Source: a virus (Duplodnaviria > Heunggongvirae > Uroviricota > Caudoviricetes). Taken from it: a DNA stretch of 27,269 nucleotides. The DNA lies in the IMG/VR virus record IMGVR_UViG_2617270980_000004, positions 1 through 27,269 of that record; one strand, 5' to 3'. Made by a program: the position numbers and the translations under genes. Below are positions 15,370-23,556 of this stretch, in pieces (position 1 is the stretch's first letter; the number at the start of each line of letters is the position of its first letter). The notes beneath the pieces are model-generated. The model saw only the letters and a program-made list of their open reading frames with translations, did no database searches and had not been told where the DNA came from.

Positions 15370-17226
15370 ATGGCATTTAAACACTATGATGTTGTCAGGG
15401 CGGCGTCGCCGTCAGATCTTGCGGAAAAGCTGACACATAAACTGAAAGAGGGCTGGCAGCCGTTTGGTAGTCCGGTGGCCATAACCCCTTATACCCTGAT
15501 GCAGGCGATTGCAGCAGAAGGTGATGTGGTCGTCAGTGGTGCAACTGAGCCGGAGTGGTACTACGTCATCGTACTGGCCGGGCAATCCAATGCCATGGCT
15601 TACGGTGAAGGGCTTCCGCTTCCGGATTCTTACGATGCGCCCCACCCACGCATTAAGCAACTGGCCCGTCGCAACACAGTGACTCCCGGTGGTAAAGCAT
15701 GCGCATTTAACGACATCATTCCGGCAGACCACTGCCTGCATGATGTTCAGGATATGAGCGCACTGAATCATCCGAAGGCAGACCTGAGCAAAGGGCAGTA
15801 CGGCTGTGTCGGCCAGGGCTTACATATTGCCAAAAAACTGCTTCCGTATATCCCGAATAACGCGGGGATCCTGCTGGTACCATGCTGTCGTGGTGGTTCG
15901 GCATTCACCCAGGGCGCGGAGGGGACATTCAGTGCGGACACGGGGGCCAGCCAGGATTCGGCACGCTGGGGTGTGGGTAAACCGTTATATCAGGACCTGA
16001 TCGCACGCACCAAAGCGGCATTACAGAAGAACCCGAAAAATGTGTTGCTGGCGGTGTGCTGGATGCAGGGCGAATTTGACATGAGCGCTGCCACCTACGC
16101 ACAGCAACCGGACCTGTTCACGGCCATGCTGAAGCAGTTCCGTACTGACCTTTCCGGATTTAACGCGCAGTGCCATGGCGGCAGTGCTGCAGTTGTACCG
16201 TGGATTTGTGGCGACACGACGTATTACTGGAAAAACACATACGGCACACAGTATGACTCCGTCTACGGCGCGTACAAAAACAGGGAGAGCGACAACGTTT
16301 TCTTTGTGCCGTTCATGACCGACGGTAACGGCAACAACACGCCCACCAACTTACCGGCAGAAGACCCGGATATTGCTGATGCAGGTTATTACGGCGCGCA
16401 ATCCCGTAGTAATGGTAATTGGGTATCGTCAAATCGTCCGACACATTTCAGTTCATGGGCGCGCAGGGGCATTATTTCGGATCGCCTGGCAACCGCTATT
16501 CTGAACGCAGTTGGTCGAACCAGCGCCTTCATCAGCGGTACCGCACCGGAGATTAAACCCTCGCCCGGCGGCGACACGCCATCGGGGCCGTCTGATGGTG
16601 ACACATCCGTTCGTACAGTCTCCCTGCTGCCGACAGCCGGAGAGGCTGCTGCGCAGGGCTGGACCATCACCGGCGGCAGTGTTGCGCTGGAAGATGGTGT
16701 GTTTAAGGTTACCAAGCAGAGCAATAAAACCTGGTCCCTGATGCATCCGGTGGATGACGCGGTCTCCCTGCTGACACGGGGTGGCAGACTGAGCTGTAAG
16801 TTTCGACTGTCAGGCGCACTGACCAACAACCAGTTCGGTCTGGGAATTTATCTGTATACCGATGTAGCGTTACCTGACGTCGTGGCGATGACCGGGACTG
16901 GTAACCCGTTCCTGATGTCGTTCTTCACCCAGACCACAGACGGCAAACTGAATCTGATGCATCACAAGAAAGCCGGAAACACAAAGTTGGGCGAGTTCGG
17001 GAATTACAGTAACGACTGGCAGACGCTGGAGCTGGTGTTCACCGCCGGCAGTGCCACGGTTACTCCGAAACTGAATGGAGTGGCTGGCCCGGCATTCCAG
17101 GTCATAAAAGACAGTCTGACACTGGGGCTGAATGCGCTGACGCTGACGGATATTACCAAAAATGCAGCGTATGGCGTTGAGATAGAAAGTCTGGTGCTGG
17201 AGATAAATGCACCGGCATCATCATAA
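15370..17226 (+). CDS. NanS-p-like sialate O-acetylesterase (N-terminal DUF1737-like segment, SASA/SGNH esterase domain, C-terminal extension)
   Basis: GQSN esterase motif in VLAGQSNAMAYGEG; size and position (between the tRNA/cargo locus and the holin) match the nanS-p gene of Stx phages as I recall it. Confidence 0.8.
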   Translation: MAFKHYDVVRAASPSDLAEKLTHKLKEGWQPFGSPVAITPYTLMQAIAAEGDVVVSGATEPEWYYVIVLAGQSNAMAYGEGLPLPDSYDAPHPRIKQLARRNTVTPGGKACAFNDIIPADHCLHDVQDMSALNHPKADLSKGQYGCVGQGLHIAKKLLPYIPNNAGILLVPCCRGGSAFTQGAEGTFSADTGASQDSARWGVGKPLYQDLIARTKAALQKNPKNVLLAVCWMQGEFDMSAATYAQQPDLFTAMLKQFRTDLSGFNAQCHGGSAAVVPWICGDTTYYWKNTYGTQYDSVYGAYKNRESDNVFFVPFMTDGNGNNTPTNLPAEDPDIADAGYYGAQSRSNGNWVSSNRPTHFSSWARRGIISDRLATAILNAVGRTSAFISGTAPEIKPSPGGDTPSGPSDGDTSVRTVSLLPTAGEAAAQGWTITGGSVALEDGVFKVTKQSNKTWSLMHPVDDAVSLLTRGGRLSCKFRLSGALTNNQFGLGIYLYTDVALPDVVAMTGTGNPFLMSFFTQTTDGKLNLMHHKKAGNTKLGEFGNYSNDWQTLELVFTAGSATVTPKLNGVAGPAFQVIKDSLTLGLNALTLTDITKNAAYGVEIESLVLEINAPASS

Positions 17227-17311
17227 AAAGTGAGCCAGTCAAATGGAAGGTATCGTTAAACTCACCGGTAGTGTCAGTGGGTCGTCTGAGATGCCTGCAT
17301 GAGTTATCAGA

Positions 17312-17341
17312 GCCATCAGTACTTAACTGGTGGCTTTTTTT
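17312..17341 (+). terminator. terminator-like hairpin between the esterase gene and the holin
   Basis: Stem GCCATCAG/CTGGTGGC (one G-U pair) followed by TTTTTTT. Confidence 0.5.
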
Positions 17342-17376
17342 ATTGTTGTCAGCTTCCGGATAACGGGAGACGGGGT

Positions 17377-17592
17377 ATGTACCAGATGGAAAAAATCACA
17401 ACAGGTGTGTCATACACCACGTCAGCGGTGGGAACGGGCTACTGGTTCCTGCAGTTGCTGGACAGGGTTTCCCCGTCTCAGTGGGCGGCAATAGGCGTGC
17501 TGGGGAGTCTGCTGTTTGGGCTGCTGACATATCTGACTAACCTGTATTTCAAAATCAGAGAGGACCGTCGTAAGGCTGCACGGGGAGAGTAA
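17377..17592 (+). CDS. S: pinholin, phage 21 S-type, 71 aa, with dual-start motif MYQM
   Basis: C-terminal [40 protein letters not shown] matches S21-type pinholins by recall; GGGAGACGGGG Shine-Dalgarno; paired with a SAR endolysin downstream. Confidence 0.85.
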   Translation: MYQMEKITTGVSYTTSAVGTGYWFLQLLDRVSPSQWAAIGVLGSLLFGLLTYLTNLYFKIREDRRKAARGE

Positions 17593-17596
17593 TTCA

Positions 17597-17941
17597 ATGA
17601 CTCAAAACTATGAACTGATTGTGAAAGGGATCCGCAATTTTGAGAATAAAGTTACGATAACTTTAGCGTTACGGGACAAAAAACGCTTTGACGGTGAAAT
17701 TTTTGACCTGGACATCTCGCTGGACCGTGTTGAAGGTGCCGCGCTGGAGTTTTATGAGGCAGCAGCCAGAAGGAGCATCAGACAGGTCTTCCTGGATGTT
17801 GCTGCCGGGTTATGTGAAGGGGATGAGCAGTCGCCGGAAAAGCGCCCCGTAATTTTAGAGGCGCAGGATGTGTTGATAACCTACAGAGGAAAACTACCGG
17901 GAATAATTACGGGTTCTCTGAAGAGTCCGCCGAAATGGTAA
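17597..17941 (+). CDS. YdfR-like (DUF826) protein located between holin and endolysin
   Basis: N-terminus MTQNYELIVKGIRNFENKVTITLAL resembles Qin-prophage YdfR as I recall it; starts 4 nt after the holin stop. Confidence 0.7.
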   Translation: MTQNYELIVKGIRNFENKVTITLALRDKKRFDGEIFDLDISLDRVEGAALEFYEAAARRSIRQVFLDVAAGLCEGDEQSPEKRPVILEAQDVLITYRGKLPGIITGSLKSPPKW

Positions 17942-18179
17942 TTTTACCAGCATATTTTTCATCCAGTAATACAGCAAGCCGCCTGAAAGAGTCTTGTTGT
18001 TCCTGAGACCATTTGGGATTGCATGATTCAAACTGGATTGATGCCAGCGTTGATTGCATCTGTTCCCTTGGAATTGAGAATGCCAGATATGAGAAGGCGA
18101 CGGTAAGGGTATTCACGTCTTCCCGAAGCCTGGAAATGCTGTCGAGCAACTCCTGTAGAGAAATGGTGTTATTGTCCAT
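17907..18179 (-). CDS. hypothetical 90-aa protein encoded antisense to the lysis operon
   Basis: GAGGA Shine-Dalgarno 6 nt upstream of ATG at 18179; its 3' end overlaps the 3' end of the YdfR-like gene by 35 nt. Confidence 0.45.
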   Translation of the reverse strand: MDNNTISLQELLDSISRLREDVNTLTVAFSYLAFSIPREQMQSTLASIQFESCNPKWSQEQQDSFRRLAVLLDEKYAGKITISADSSENP

Positions 18180-18284
18180 AAATAATCCTCATGATTGTAT
18201 TGACCTGTTAGCAGCCTGAGGCAACAGGCTGGAACTGATAAACATATCCAGGGCTCAGAAACCGATAAATCCTGATAAATATCC

Positions 18285-18818
18285 ATGAACGCAAAAATCA
18301 GATACGGCCTGTCGGCTGCCGTTCTGGCGCTGATTGCCGCTGGTGCGCCTGCGCCTGACATTCTCGACCAGTTTCTGGATGAAAAGGAAGGTAACCACAC
18401 CACGGCATACCGTGATGGCGCGGGTATCTGGACCATCTGCCGCGGTGCCATCCTGGTGGATGGCAAACCTGTCGTTCCGGGCATGAAGTTGTCGAAGGAA
18501 AAATGCGACCGGGTTAACGCCATTGAGCGTGATAAGGCGCTGGCATGGGTGGAGAAAAACATCAAAGTGCCATTGAGCGAACCCCAGAAAGCGGGGATCG
18601 CGTCATTCTGTCCGTACAACATTGGTCCCGGTAAGTGTTTCCCGTCGACGTTTTATAAACGAATTAATGCAGGTGATCGCAGGGGAGCGTGTGAGGCGAT
18701 TCGCTGGTGGATTAAGGACGGTGGCAGAGACTGCCGTATTCGTTCAAACAACTGCTACGGTCAGGTATCCCGTCGTGACCAGGAGAGCGCGCTGGCGTGC
18801 TGGGGTATCGACAGATAA
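18285..18818 (+). CDS. R: SAR endolysin (lysozyme R with N-terminal signal-anchor-release domain)
   Basis: N-terminal SAR-like hydrophobic segment YGLSAAVLALIAAGAPAP followed by a lysozyme core (EGNHTTAYRDGAGIWTICRG); close to phage 21/Stx-phage R by recall. Confidence 0.9.
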   Translation: MNAKIRYGLSAAVLALIAAGAPAPDILDQFLDEKEGNHTTAYRDGAGIWTICRGAILVDGKPVVPGMKLSKEKCDRVNAIERDKALAWVEKNIKVPLSEPQKAGIASFCPYNIGPGKCFPSTFYKRINAGDRRGACEAIRWWIKDGGRDCRIRSNNCYGQVSRRDQESALACWGIDR

Positions 18819-18911
18819 GCAGAATATTTTGCTGAAAAATGCGGTTTGCTTACACGGACGGATAACACGAAATCCTGCGAACTGACAAAAACTAAGTGAA
18901 TAAAAGTAAAA

Positions 18912-18947
18912 ACCCCGTTTGTTGGCAGCAAGCGGGGTTTTGTTTTT
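18912..18947 (+). terminator. rho-independent terminator immediately after the endolysin
   Basis: 10-bp stem ACCCCGTTTG/CAAGCGGGGT (one G-U pair), loop TTGGCAG, then TTTGTTTTT. Confidence 0.6.
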
Positions 18948-19012
18948 ATGGCAGTAAGCTATGGGAGGCTGCCTTGATTGATTTTAGCAAACTGATTAGG
19001 GAGTTGCGACTC

Positions 19013-19108
19013 ATGATTAGTCAATTACCAAACTGGAAATTTTTGCTGGTCTGGAGCATCCCTTTTTTATGGGTAGTATCCCAGTTAATTGTGGCAATTA
19101 AGGGGTAG
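19013..19108 (+). CDS. candidate small hydrophobic peptide A, 31 aa
   Basis: MISQLPNWKFLLVWSIPFLWVVSQLIVAIKG; GGGAG about 9 nt upstream; found by hand translation. Confidence 0.3.
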   Translation: MISQLPNWKFLLVWSIPFLWVVSQLIVAIKG

Positions 19109-19110
19109 CT

Positions 19111-19242
19111 ATGTCAGACAAACTCATAACGCCGGCAAAGGTCCTGTGTGTGATTGTCGGTATTTCATTTTCACTAATGCTGGTTGCTCTTTTTCTGTCC
19201 CTCGCCTGGGTGATGTTGTCTTCGTCGGGGCTGCTGGGGTGA
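19111..19242 (+). CDS. candidate small membrane peptide B, 43 aa
   Basis: AAGGGG Shine-Dalgarno 5 nt upstream; single predicted transmembrane helix (VLCVIVGISFSLMLVALFLSLAWVML). Confidence 0.35.
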   Translation: MSDKLITPAKVLCVIVGISFSLMLVALFLSLAWVMLSSSGLLG

Positions 19243-19361
19243 CAGTGACTGATGACATCAGCAGAGCGCTGGCTTTTGCTATTAAGTGGGTGGCTGTTGG
19301 TATTGCTGTGTCTCCGATGCTGTATGGGCTGGCAAAACTGGTCATTGCGCTGAAATCGTGA
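19239..19361 (+). CDS. candidate small membrane peptide C, 41 aa, GTG start overlapping the stop of B (GTGA)
   Basis: Hydrophobic RALAFAIKWVAVGIAV... resembles peptide D; start and stop are coupled with B. Confidence 0.3.
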   Translation: MTVTDDISRALAFAIKWVAVGIAVSPMLYGLAKLVIALKS

Positions 19362-19372
19362 ACTTTAAAAAG

Positions 19373-19459
19373 ATGAGTGCTGAACTTATTCGGGCAATGG
19401 CATTTGCCATTCGTATTGTGGCCATTGCTGTTCTGGTCTGGGCAATCCGTTGGTGGTGA
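19373..19459 (+). CDS. candidate small membrane peptide D, 28 aa, paralogous to C
   Basis: [28 protein letters not shown]; ends 1 nt before the Rz start codon. Confidence 0.3.
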   Translation: MSAELIRAMAFAIRIVAIAVLVWAIRWW

Positions 19460-19460
19460 T

Positions 19461-19955
19461 ATGAACCGTGTTCTGTGTGTGGTGATTATTGTCATGCTGG
19501 TAGCCTGTGGTGTGCTTAGTCTGGGGCTGAATCATTACCGCGATAACGCCATCACCTACAAAGCGCAGCGCGATAAAAAAGTCAGTGAGCTGAAACTGGC
19601 GAATGCCACTATTACTGACATGCAGCAGCGCCAGCGAGATGTCGCTGCGCTTGATGCCAGATACACGAAGGAATTAGCCGATGCGAGAGCTGAAAATGAA
19701 ACTCTGCGCGCTGATGTTGCCGCTGGTCGTAAGCGCCTGCGGGTCAACGCCACCTGCCCCGGTACCGTGCGTGAAGCCACCGGCACCTCCAGCGTGGATA
19801 ATGCAACCGGCCCCCGACTGGCAGACACCGCTGAACGGGATTATTTCATCCTCAGAGAACGGTTGATGACAATGCAGAAGCAGCTGGAAGGGGCGCAGGA
19901 ATATATCCGCACTCAGTGCACTAAGCTGGCTTTTTATTATCCGGAGGATACATGA
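19461..19955 (+). CDS. Rz: Rz i-spanin
   Basis: N-terminal transmembrane helix followed by coiled coil; [16 protein letters not shown]... and [23 protein letters not shown] resemble Stx-phage/lambda Rz by recall; embedded Rz1 in the +1 frame. Confidence 0.85.
   Translation: MNRVLCVVIIVMLVACGVLSLGLNHYRDNAITYKAQRDKKVSELKLANATITDMQQRQRDVAALDARYTKELADARAENETLRADVAAGRKRLRVNATCPGTVREATGTSSVDNATGPRLADTAERDYFILRERLMTMQKQLEGAQEYIRTQCTKLAFYYPEDT
19681..19866 (+). CDS. Rz1: Rz1 o-spanin lipoprotein, embedded within Rz
   Basis: Lipobox LVVSAC and proline-rich [27 protein letters not shown], very close to lambda Rz1 as recalled. Confidence 0.8.
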   Translation: MRELKMKLCALMLPLVVSACGSTPPAPVPCVKPPAPPAWIMQPAPDWQTPLNGIISSSENG

Positions 19956-20176
19956 AGAAATTACGGGTAACCGTAGAACCTTTTCAGGGAACAATTCCGT
20001 TCCGTATTTTGCAGCGTGGTCGTGTTCTTGTTGAAGGTTCGTTCAGTGGTAAATGTACGCAATTACACTCCCGGACCTTTCAGGTGAATGCCACGAATGA
20101 AGAGCTAACCGTGGAGTGTACGATGAATGCCGCTAAATGCCGCATGGTATCCGCTGCATTACAACCAGTGTGTTGA
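19952..20176 (+). CDS. hypothetical 74-aa protein translationally coupled to Rz (ATGA overlap)
   Basis: Start overlaps the Rz stop; no recognisable motif; occupies the position where bor-type morons sit in other lambdoids. Confidence 0.4.
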   Translation: MKKLRVTVEPFQGTIPFRILQRGRVLVEGSFSGKCTQLHSRTFQVNATNEELTVECTMNAAKCRMVSAALQPVC

Positions 20177-20374
20177 GCGACCTTATTATCCATGCGCGGT
20201 ATTGTCGCCGTATTCCTGCATTAACAGAGACCGCAGCCCGACAGGGAGACTCCTCTGCGCGAGTGTGCGGGGATAATCAAAAACGATACACACCGGGGTT
20301 TACCGCGTTAACGGAGCGCGGCGTTGTCCCCTCATAGTCGCCTGTCCGGTGCGATGGTGGAAGAAACCGAACGT

Positions 20375-20575
20375 TCATTTCTCGTTATTTGTCATGCTGG
20401 CCGGGCGCAGATGCGTTGCATCTGTTGCCAGCCTTCTCCTGCAGGCTTCAATAACCCACGCTGAAAAGTTACCGGACCCTTTATGCTCAAGGGCGATGTT
20501 GATCTGTTCAATTATGTGATTGGGGAAACGGATATTGCGGGTTGTGGTTCTGCGGGTCCGGTTTTTCGATGACAT
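20375..20575 (-). CDS. ribbon-helix-helix-like small DNA-binding protein, 66 aa
   Basis: AAAGGAA Shine-Dalgarno upstream of internal ATG at 20575; basic N-terminus then a predicted strand-helix-helix (RNIRFPNHIIEQINIALEHKGSGNFSAWVIEACRRRL). Confidence 0.5.
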   Translation of the reverse strand: MSSKNRTRRTTTRNIRFPNHIIEQINIALEHKGSGNFSAWVIEACRRRLATDATHLRPASMTNNEK

Positions 20576-20616
20576 ATTTATTTCCTTTACTGATTGCCAT
20601 ATGACGGGGATTTTAC

Positions 20617-20982
20617 ATGGCTGAGCTTCGTACACTCCAGAGCAGAATCAAAACACTGAATACCCGACGGGTGAATATTCTGAAGGGGGAGCAGCGTCGT
20701 GTCAGTGGCAGTGCACGTGTTTCCCTCAAGCGTCATATCTGGCTGAGGGACGCCGGGCAGTGCTGTATCTGTGGTCGTGTGGTTGACCTCTGTGACAGTG
20801 AACTCGATCACCGAATTGCACTTCAGTTCGGTGGTGGTAATGAGGAGACGAATCTTTGGACGCTCTGTGCCGAATGCCATCGACAAAAGTCTGCTCGTGA
20901 AGCGGCGAGTGGTATGCCGGACCCGACGCTGCCGGAGGTGTCCGGAGGTAGTGGCAGAGAGGACGACATCATCGGACTGTAA
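20617..20982 (+). CDS. HNH endonuclease (packaging-associated, upstream of the small terminase)
   Basis: HNH motif CCICGRVVDLCDSELDHRIALQFGG...NLWTLCAECHRQK; the HNH-TerS-TerL arrangement is typical of HK97-like cos phages. Confidence 0.8.
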   Translation: MAELRTLQSRIKTLNTRRVNILKGEQRRVSGSARVSLKRHIWLRDAGQCCICGRVVDLCDSELDHRIALQFGGGNEETNLWTLCAECHRQKSAREAASGMPDPTLPEVSGGSGREDDIIGL

Positions 20983-21071
20983 CCCAACCCGGGGGGGTAT
21001 CATCCGGCGTAAAAAACGATCGCTTTGGACACCGCGCCCCCTCTCACGCAGAGAAAAAATTCCCGTTTCAG

Positions 21072-21201
21072 GCCAGTTAACATGTTAACTGGCTGCCCAG
21101 GCATTTTTGCGGTTTTTATCTTTATTATTCAGTTTGTTGTGCGAAAAAAATGTTAACTGGCTTTTTCAGAAAATGTTAACCAGGCAGCAGTTAACATTTG
21201 C
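21072..21201. repeat. cos/packaging-recognition region: 22-bp perfect palindrome GCCAGTTAACATGTTAACTGGC plus three more ATGTTAAC copies in both orientations
   Basis: Palindrome at 21072-21093; further copies at about 21150, 21173 and 21189 (inverted); AT-rich tract between; lies between the HNH and TerS genes. Confidence 0.5.
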
Positions 21202-21271
21202 GGCATGAGACGCCGGGAAAAATGGGCTGAACCATACCCGGCTGAGTGCGTTCTGGACCCGGGAGGAGGCT

Positions 21272-21835
21272 GTGCTGACAACGCAAAAACGAAAATTTGC
21301 GCTGGCGCTCATGTCCGGGAAAAACAAAACAGCGTCAGCCATTGCCGCCGGTTATTCGGCGAAGACCGCCAGGGTTAAAGGCTCGCAGCTGGCAAAAGAT
21401 CCGGAGGTGCTCGCGTTTATAGCCCGTAAACAGTGCGAAACGGTGGAGGTGGATGAGGTTCCTGTTTACCGGCAGAAAAAATCAGAGCAGGAGGATAAAC
21501 CCCGTCGCCGTGAGGCGGCTGCAATACCACAGCCGGACGAAAACAATCCGGAGATGCCACCGCCTGCGGTGATGTCTCATGGTATTGAATATATGGAGGA
21601 TGGTCTTCCCGATCCGGTGAAAGCTATGGGGCAGATCCTGGTGGAAAACCTCAGCATTGATCCGAAACTGGCACTGGATGCGGCCTGGCGACTGGCGCAG
21701 TTCACACACCATAAAAAAGGCGATGCCGGTAAAAAATCGGCAAAAGGTGATGCCGCGAAAAAAGCGGCTAACCGTTTTGCGGTACCACCACCACCACGAC
21801 TGGTGGTGAATAACGATAATGAGGGCAACGGATGA
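21272..21835 (+). CDS. terminase small subunit
   Basis: GTG start after GGAGG; N-terminal HTH-like region; lysine-rich C-terminus; stop overlaps the TerL start (ATGA). Confidence 0.75.
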   Translation: MLTTQKRKFALALMSGKNKTASAIAAGYSAKTARVKGSQLAKDPEVLAFIARKQCETVEVDEVPVYRQKKSEQEDKPRRREAAAIPQPDENNPEMPPPAVMSHGIEYMEDGLPDPVKAMGQILVENLSIDPKLALDAAWRLAQFTHHKKGDAGKKSAKGDAAKKAANRFAVPPPPRLVVNNDNEGNG

Positions 21836-23493
21836 TACCTGTATGGAGCACGGCCTGCCCGGACTGGGCAGAGCGCCTGAAAAAGGGGCTGTCGATTATT
21901 CCGGCTCCGATTTATCCGGACCAGGCCGCACATGCCCTGGCGATTTTTAAACAACTGCGGATTGTGGATGCACCGGGTAGCCCGACGTTCGGGGAGTCCT
22001 GTGCACAGTGGGTGTTTGACCTGGTGGCGGCTCTGTTTGGCTCCTACGATGCGCAGACCGGTGTCCGCCATATCAAGGAAGTGTTCATTCTGATACCCAA
22101 AAAAAACAGCAAGTCCACACTGGCCGCCGGGATCATGATGACGGCGCTGTTACTGAACTGGCGGCAGGCGGCGGGTTACACGATTCTGGCCCCGACTGTG
22201 GAGGTGGCAGCCAACGCCTTCAATCCTGCCAGGGATATGGTACGACGGGACGATGATCTGGATGACCTCTGTCAGGTGCAGACACATATCCGGACCATCA
22301 CCCACCGGGTGACGGACACCACCCTGAAGGTGGTGGCAGCCGATCCGAATACGGTGTCCGGTATCAAGTCCGTGGGGACGCTGATTGATGAGTTGTGGCT
22401 GTTTGGCAAGCAGTACAAGGCGGAGGACATGTTACGTGAAGCCATCGGCGGGCTTGCCTCCCGCCCGGAAGGGTTTGTGGTGTATACGACCACCCAGTCG
22501 AATGAACCGCCAGCCGGGGTGTTCAGACAGAAACTGCAGTATGCCCGGGATGTGCGCGACGGCAAAATTCATGATCCGCACTTTCTGCCGGTGATATTTG
22601 AACACCCTCCTGAAATGGTGGAAAGCGGGGCTCACCTGCTGATGGAAAACCTCGCCATGGTCAATCCGAATCTCGGCTATTCAGTGGATGAGGCCTTTCT
22701 GTACCGGGAGTACCGTAAAGCCCGGGAGGCTGGTGAGGAAGCATTTCGTGGCTTCATGTCAAAACATGCCAATGTGGAAATTGGTCTTGCCCTGCGTTCT
22801 GACCGCTGGGCGGGTGCGGATTTCTGGGAGCAGCAGGGCAGGCGCGTCAGCCTGGACGATATCCTGCAGCGCGCTGATGTGGTGACGGTGGGGATTGACG
22901 GCGGGGGCCTGGATGATCTGCTGGGAATGTACGTGATTGGCCGTGACAGGGAAACCCGCGAATGGCTGGGCTGGGGCCATGCCTGGGCGCATGAAACCGC
23001 GGTGGTCAGACGGAAGAGTGAGGCATCCCGTTTTCAGGATTTTGTGGCCTGTGGAGACATGACGATTGTCCGTCGGGTCGGGGATGACACGGCGGAAGTG
23101 GCGGAGTATGTGCGTCGTATTCATGAGGCTGAGTTACTGGAGCATATCGGTATTGACCCGTCAGGTGTGGGGCAGATTCTGGATTCACTGGCGGAAGCCG
23201 GGATCCCCGACGGAATTGTGGTGGGGATAAGCCAGGGCTGGAAACTGGGCGGGGCCATTAAAACCACCGAGCGCAAACTGGCTGAAGGGGTGCTGGTGCA
23301 TGGTGACCAGCCCCTGATGGCCTGGTGTGTCGGCAATGCCCGGGTGGAGCCTAAAGGTAACGCCATTCTTATCACCAAACAGGCCAGTGGACGGGGAAAA
23401 ATTGACCCGCTGATGGCGCTGTTCAATGCGGTCTCCCTGATGTCCCTTAACCCGGAACCGAAAAAGAAAGAATATGCGGTTTTTTTCATATAA
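21832..23493 (+). CDS. terminase large subunit (HK97-like Terminase_1 type)
   Basis: Size 553 aa; Walker-A-like LIPKKNSKST; nuclease-domain acidic residues; coupled to TerS. Confidence 0.85.
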   Translation: MIPVWSTACPDWAERLKKGLSIIPAPIYPDQAAHALAIFKQLRIVDAPGSPTFGESCAQWVFDLVAALFGSYDAQTGVRHIKEVFILIPKKNSKSTLAAGIMMTALLLNWRQAAGYTILAPTVEVAANAFNPARDMVRRDDDLDDLCQVQTHIRTITHRVTDTTLKVVAADPNTVSGIKSVGTLIDELWLFGKQYKAEDMLREAIGGLASRPEGFVVYTTTQSNEPPAGVFRQKLQYARDVRDGKIHDPHFLPVIFEHPPEMVESGAHLLMENLAMVNPNLGYSVDEAFLYREYRKAREAGEEAFRGFMSKHANVEIGLALRSDRWAGADFWEQQGRRVSLDDILQRADVVTVGIDGGGLDDLLGMYVIGRDRETREWLGWGHAWAHETAVVRRKSEASRFQDFVACGDMTIVRRVGDDTAEVAEYVRRIHEAELLEHIGIDPSGVGQILDSLAEAGIPDGIVVGISQGWKLGGAIKTTERKLAEGVLVHGDQPLMAWCVGNARVEPKGNAILITKQASGRGKIDPLMALFNAVSLMSLNPEPKKKEYAVFFI

Positions 23494-23518
23494 CCCTGTT
23501 CACACTGTAACCATCACG

Positions 23519-23539
23519 AACCGCTCCGGCGGTTTTTTT
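23519..23539 (+). terminator. terminator-like hairpin between TerL and the head gene (possible attenuator)
   Basis: Stem AACCGC/GCGGTT with TCCG loop followed by TTTTTTT, directly upstream of an AGGAGG Shine-Dalgarno. Confidence 0.4.
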
Positions 23540-23556
23540 ATTTTCAGGAGGCTGAT

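Noticed and set aside
16389-16829. 146-aa and 97-aa minus-strand ORFs, and a 76-aa plus-strand ORF in another frame
   Set aside because: All lie inside the nanS-p coding region in alternative frames; no ribosome binding sites; Pro/Arg/Ser-rich artefactual translations.
18622-18885. 87-aa plus-strand ORF
   Set aside because: Alternative frame inside the SAR endolysin gene and running through its terminator.
20137-20337. 66-aa plus-strand ORF downstream of Rz
   Set aside because: Overlaps the better-supported 74-aa ORF in another frame, has no ribosome binding site and no recognisable features.
21482-22071. Minus-strand ORFs of 76 and 164 aa
   Set aside because: Antisense to the TerS/TerL junction; Arg-rich shadow frames.
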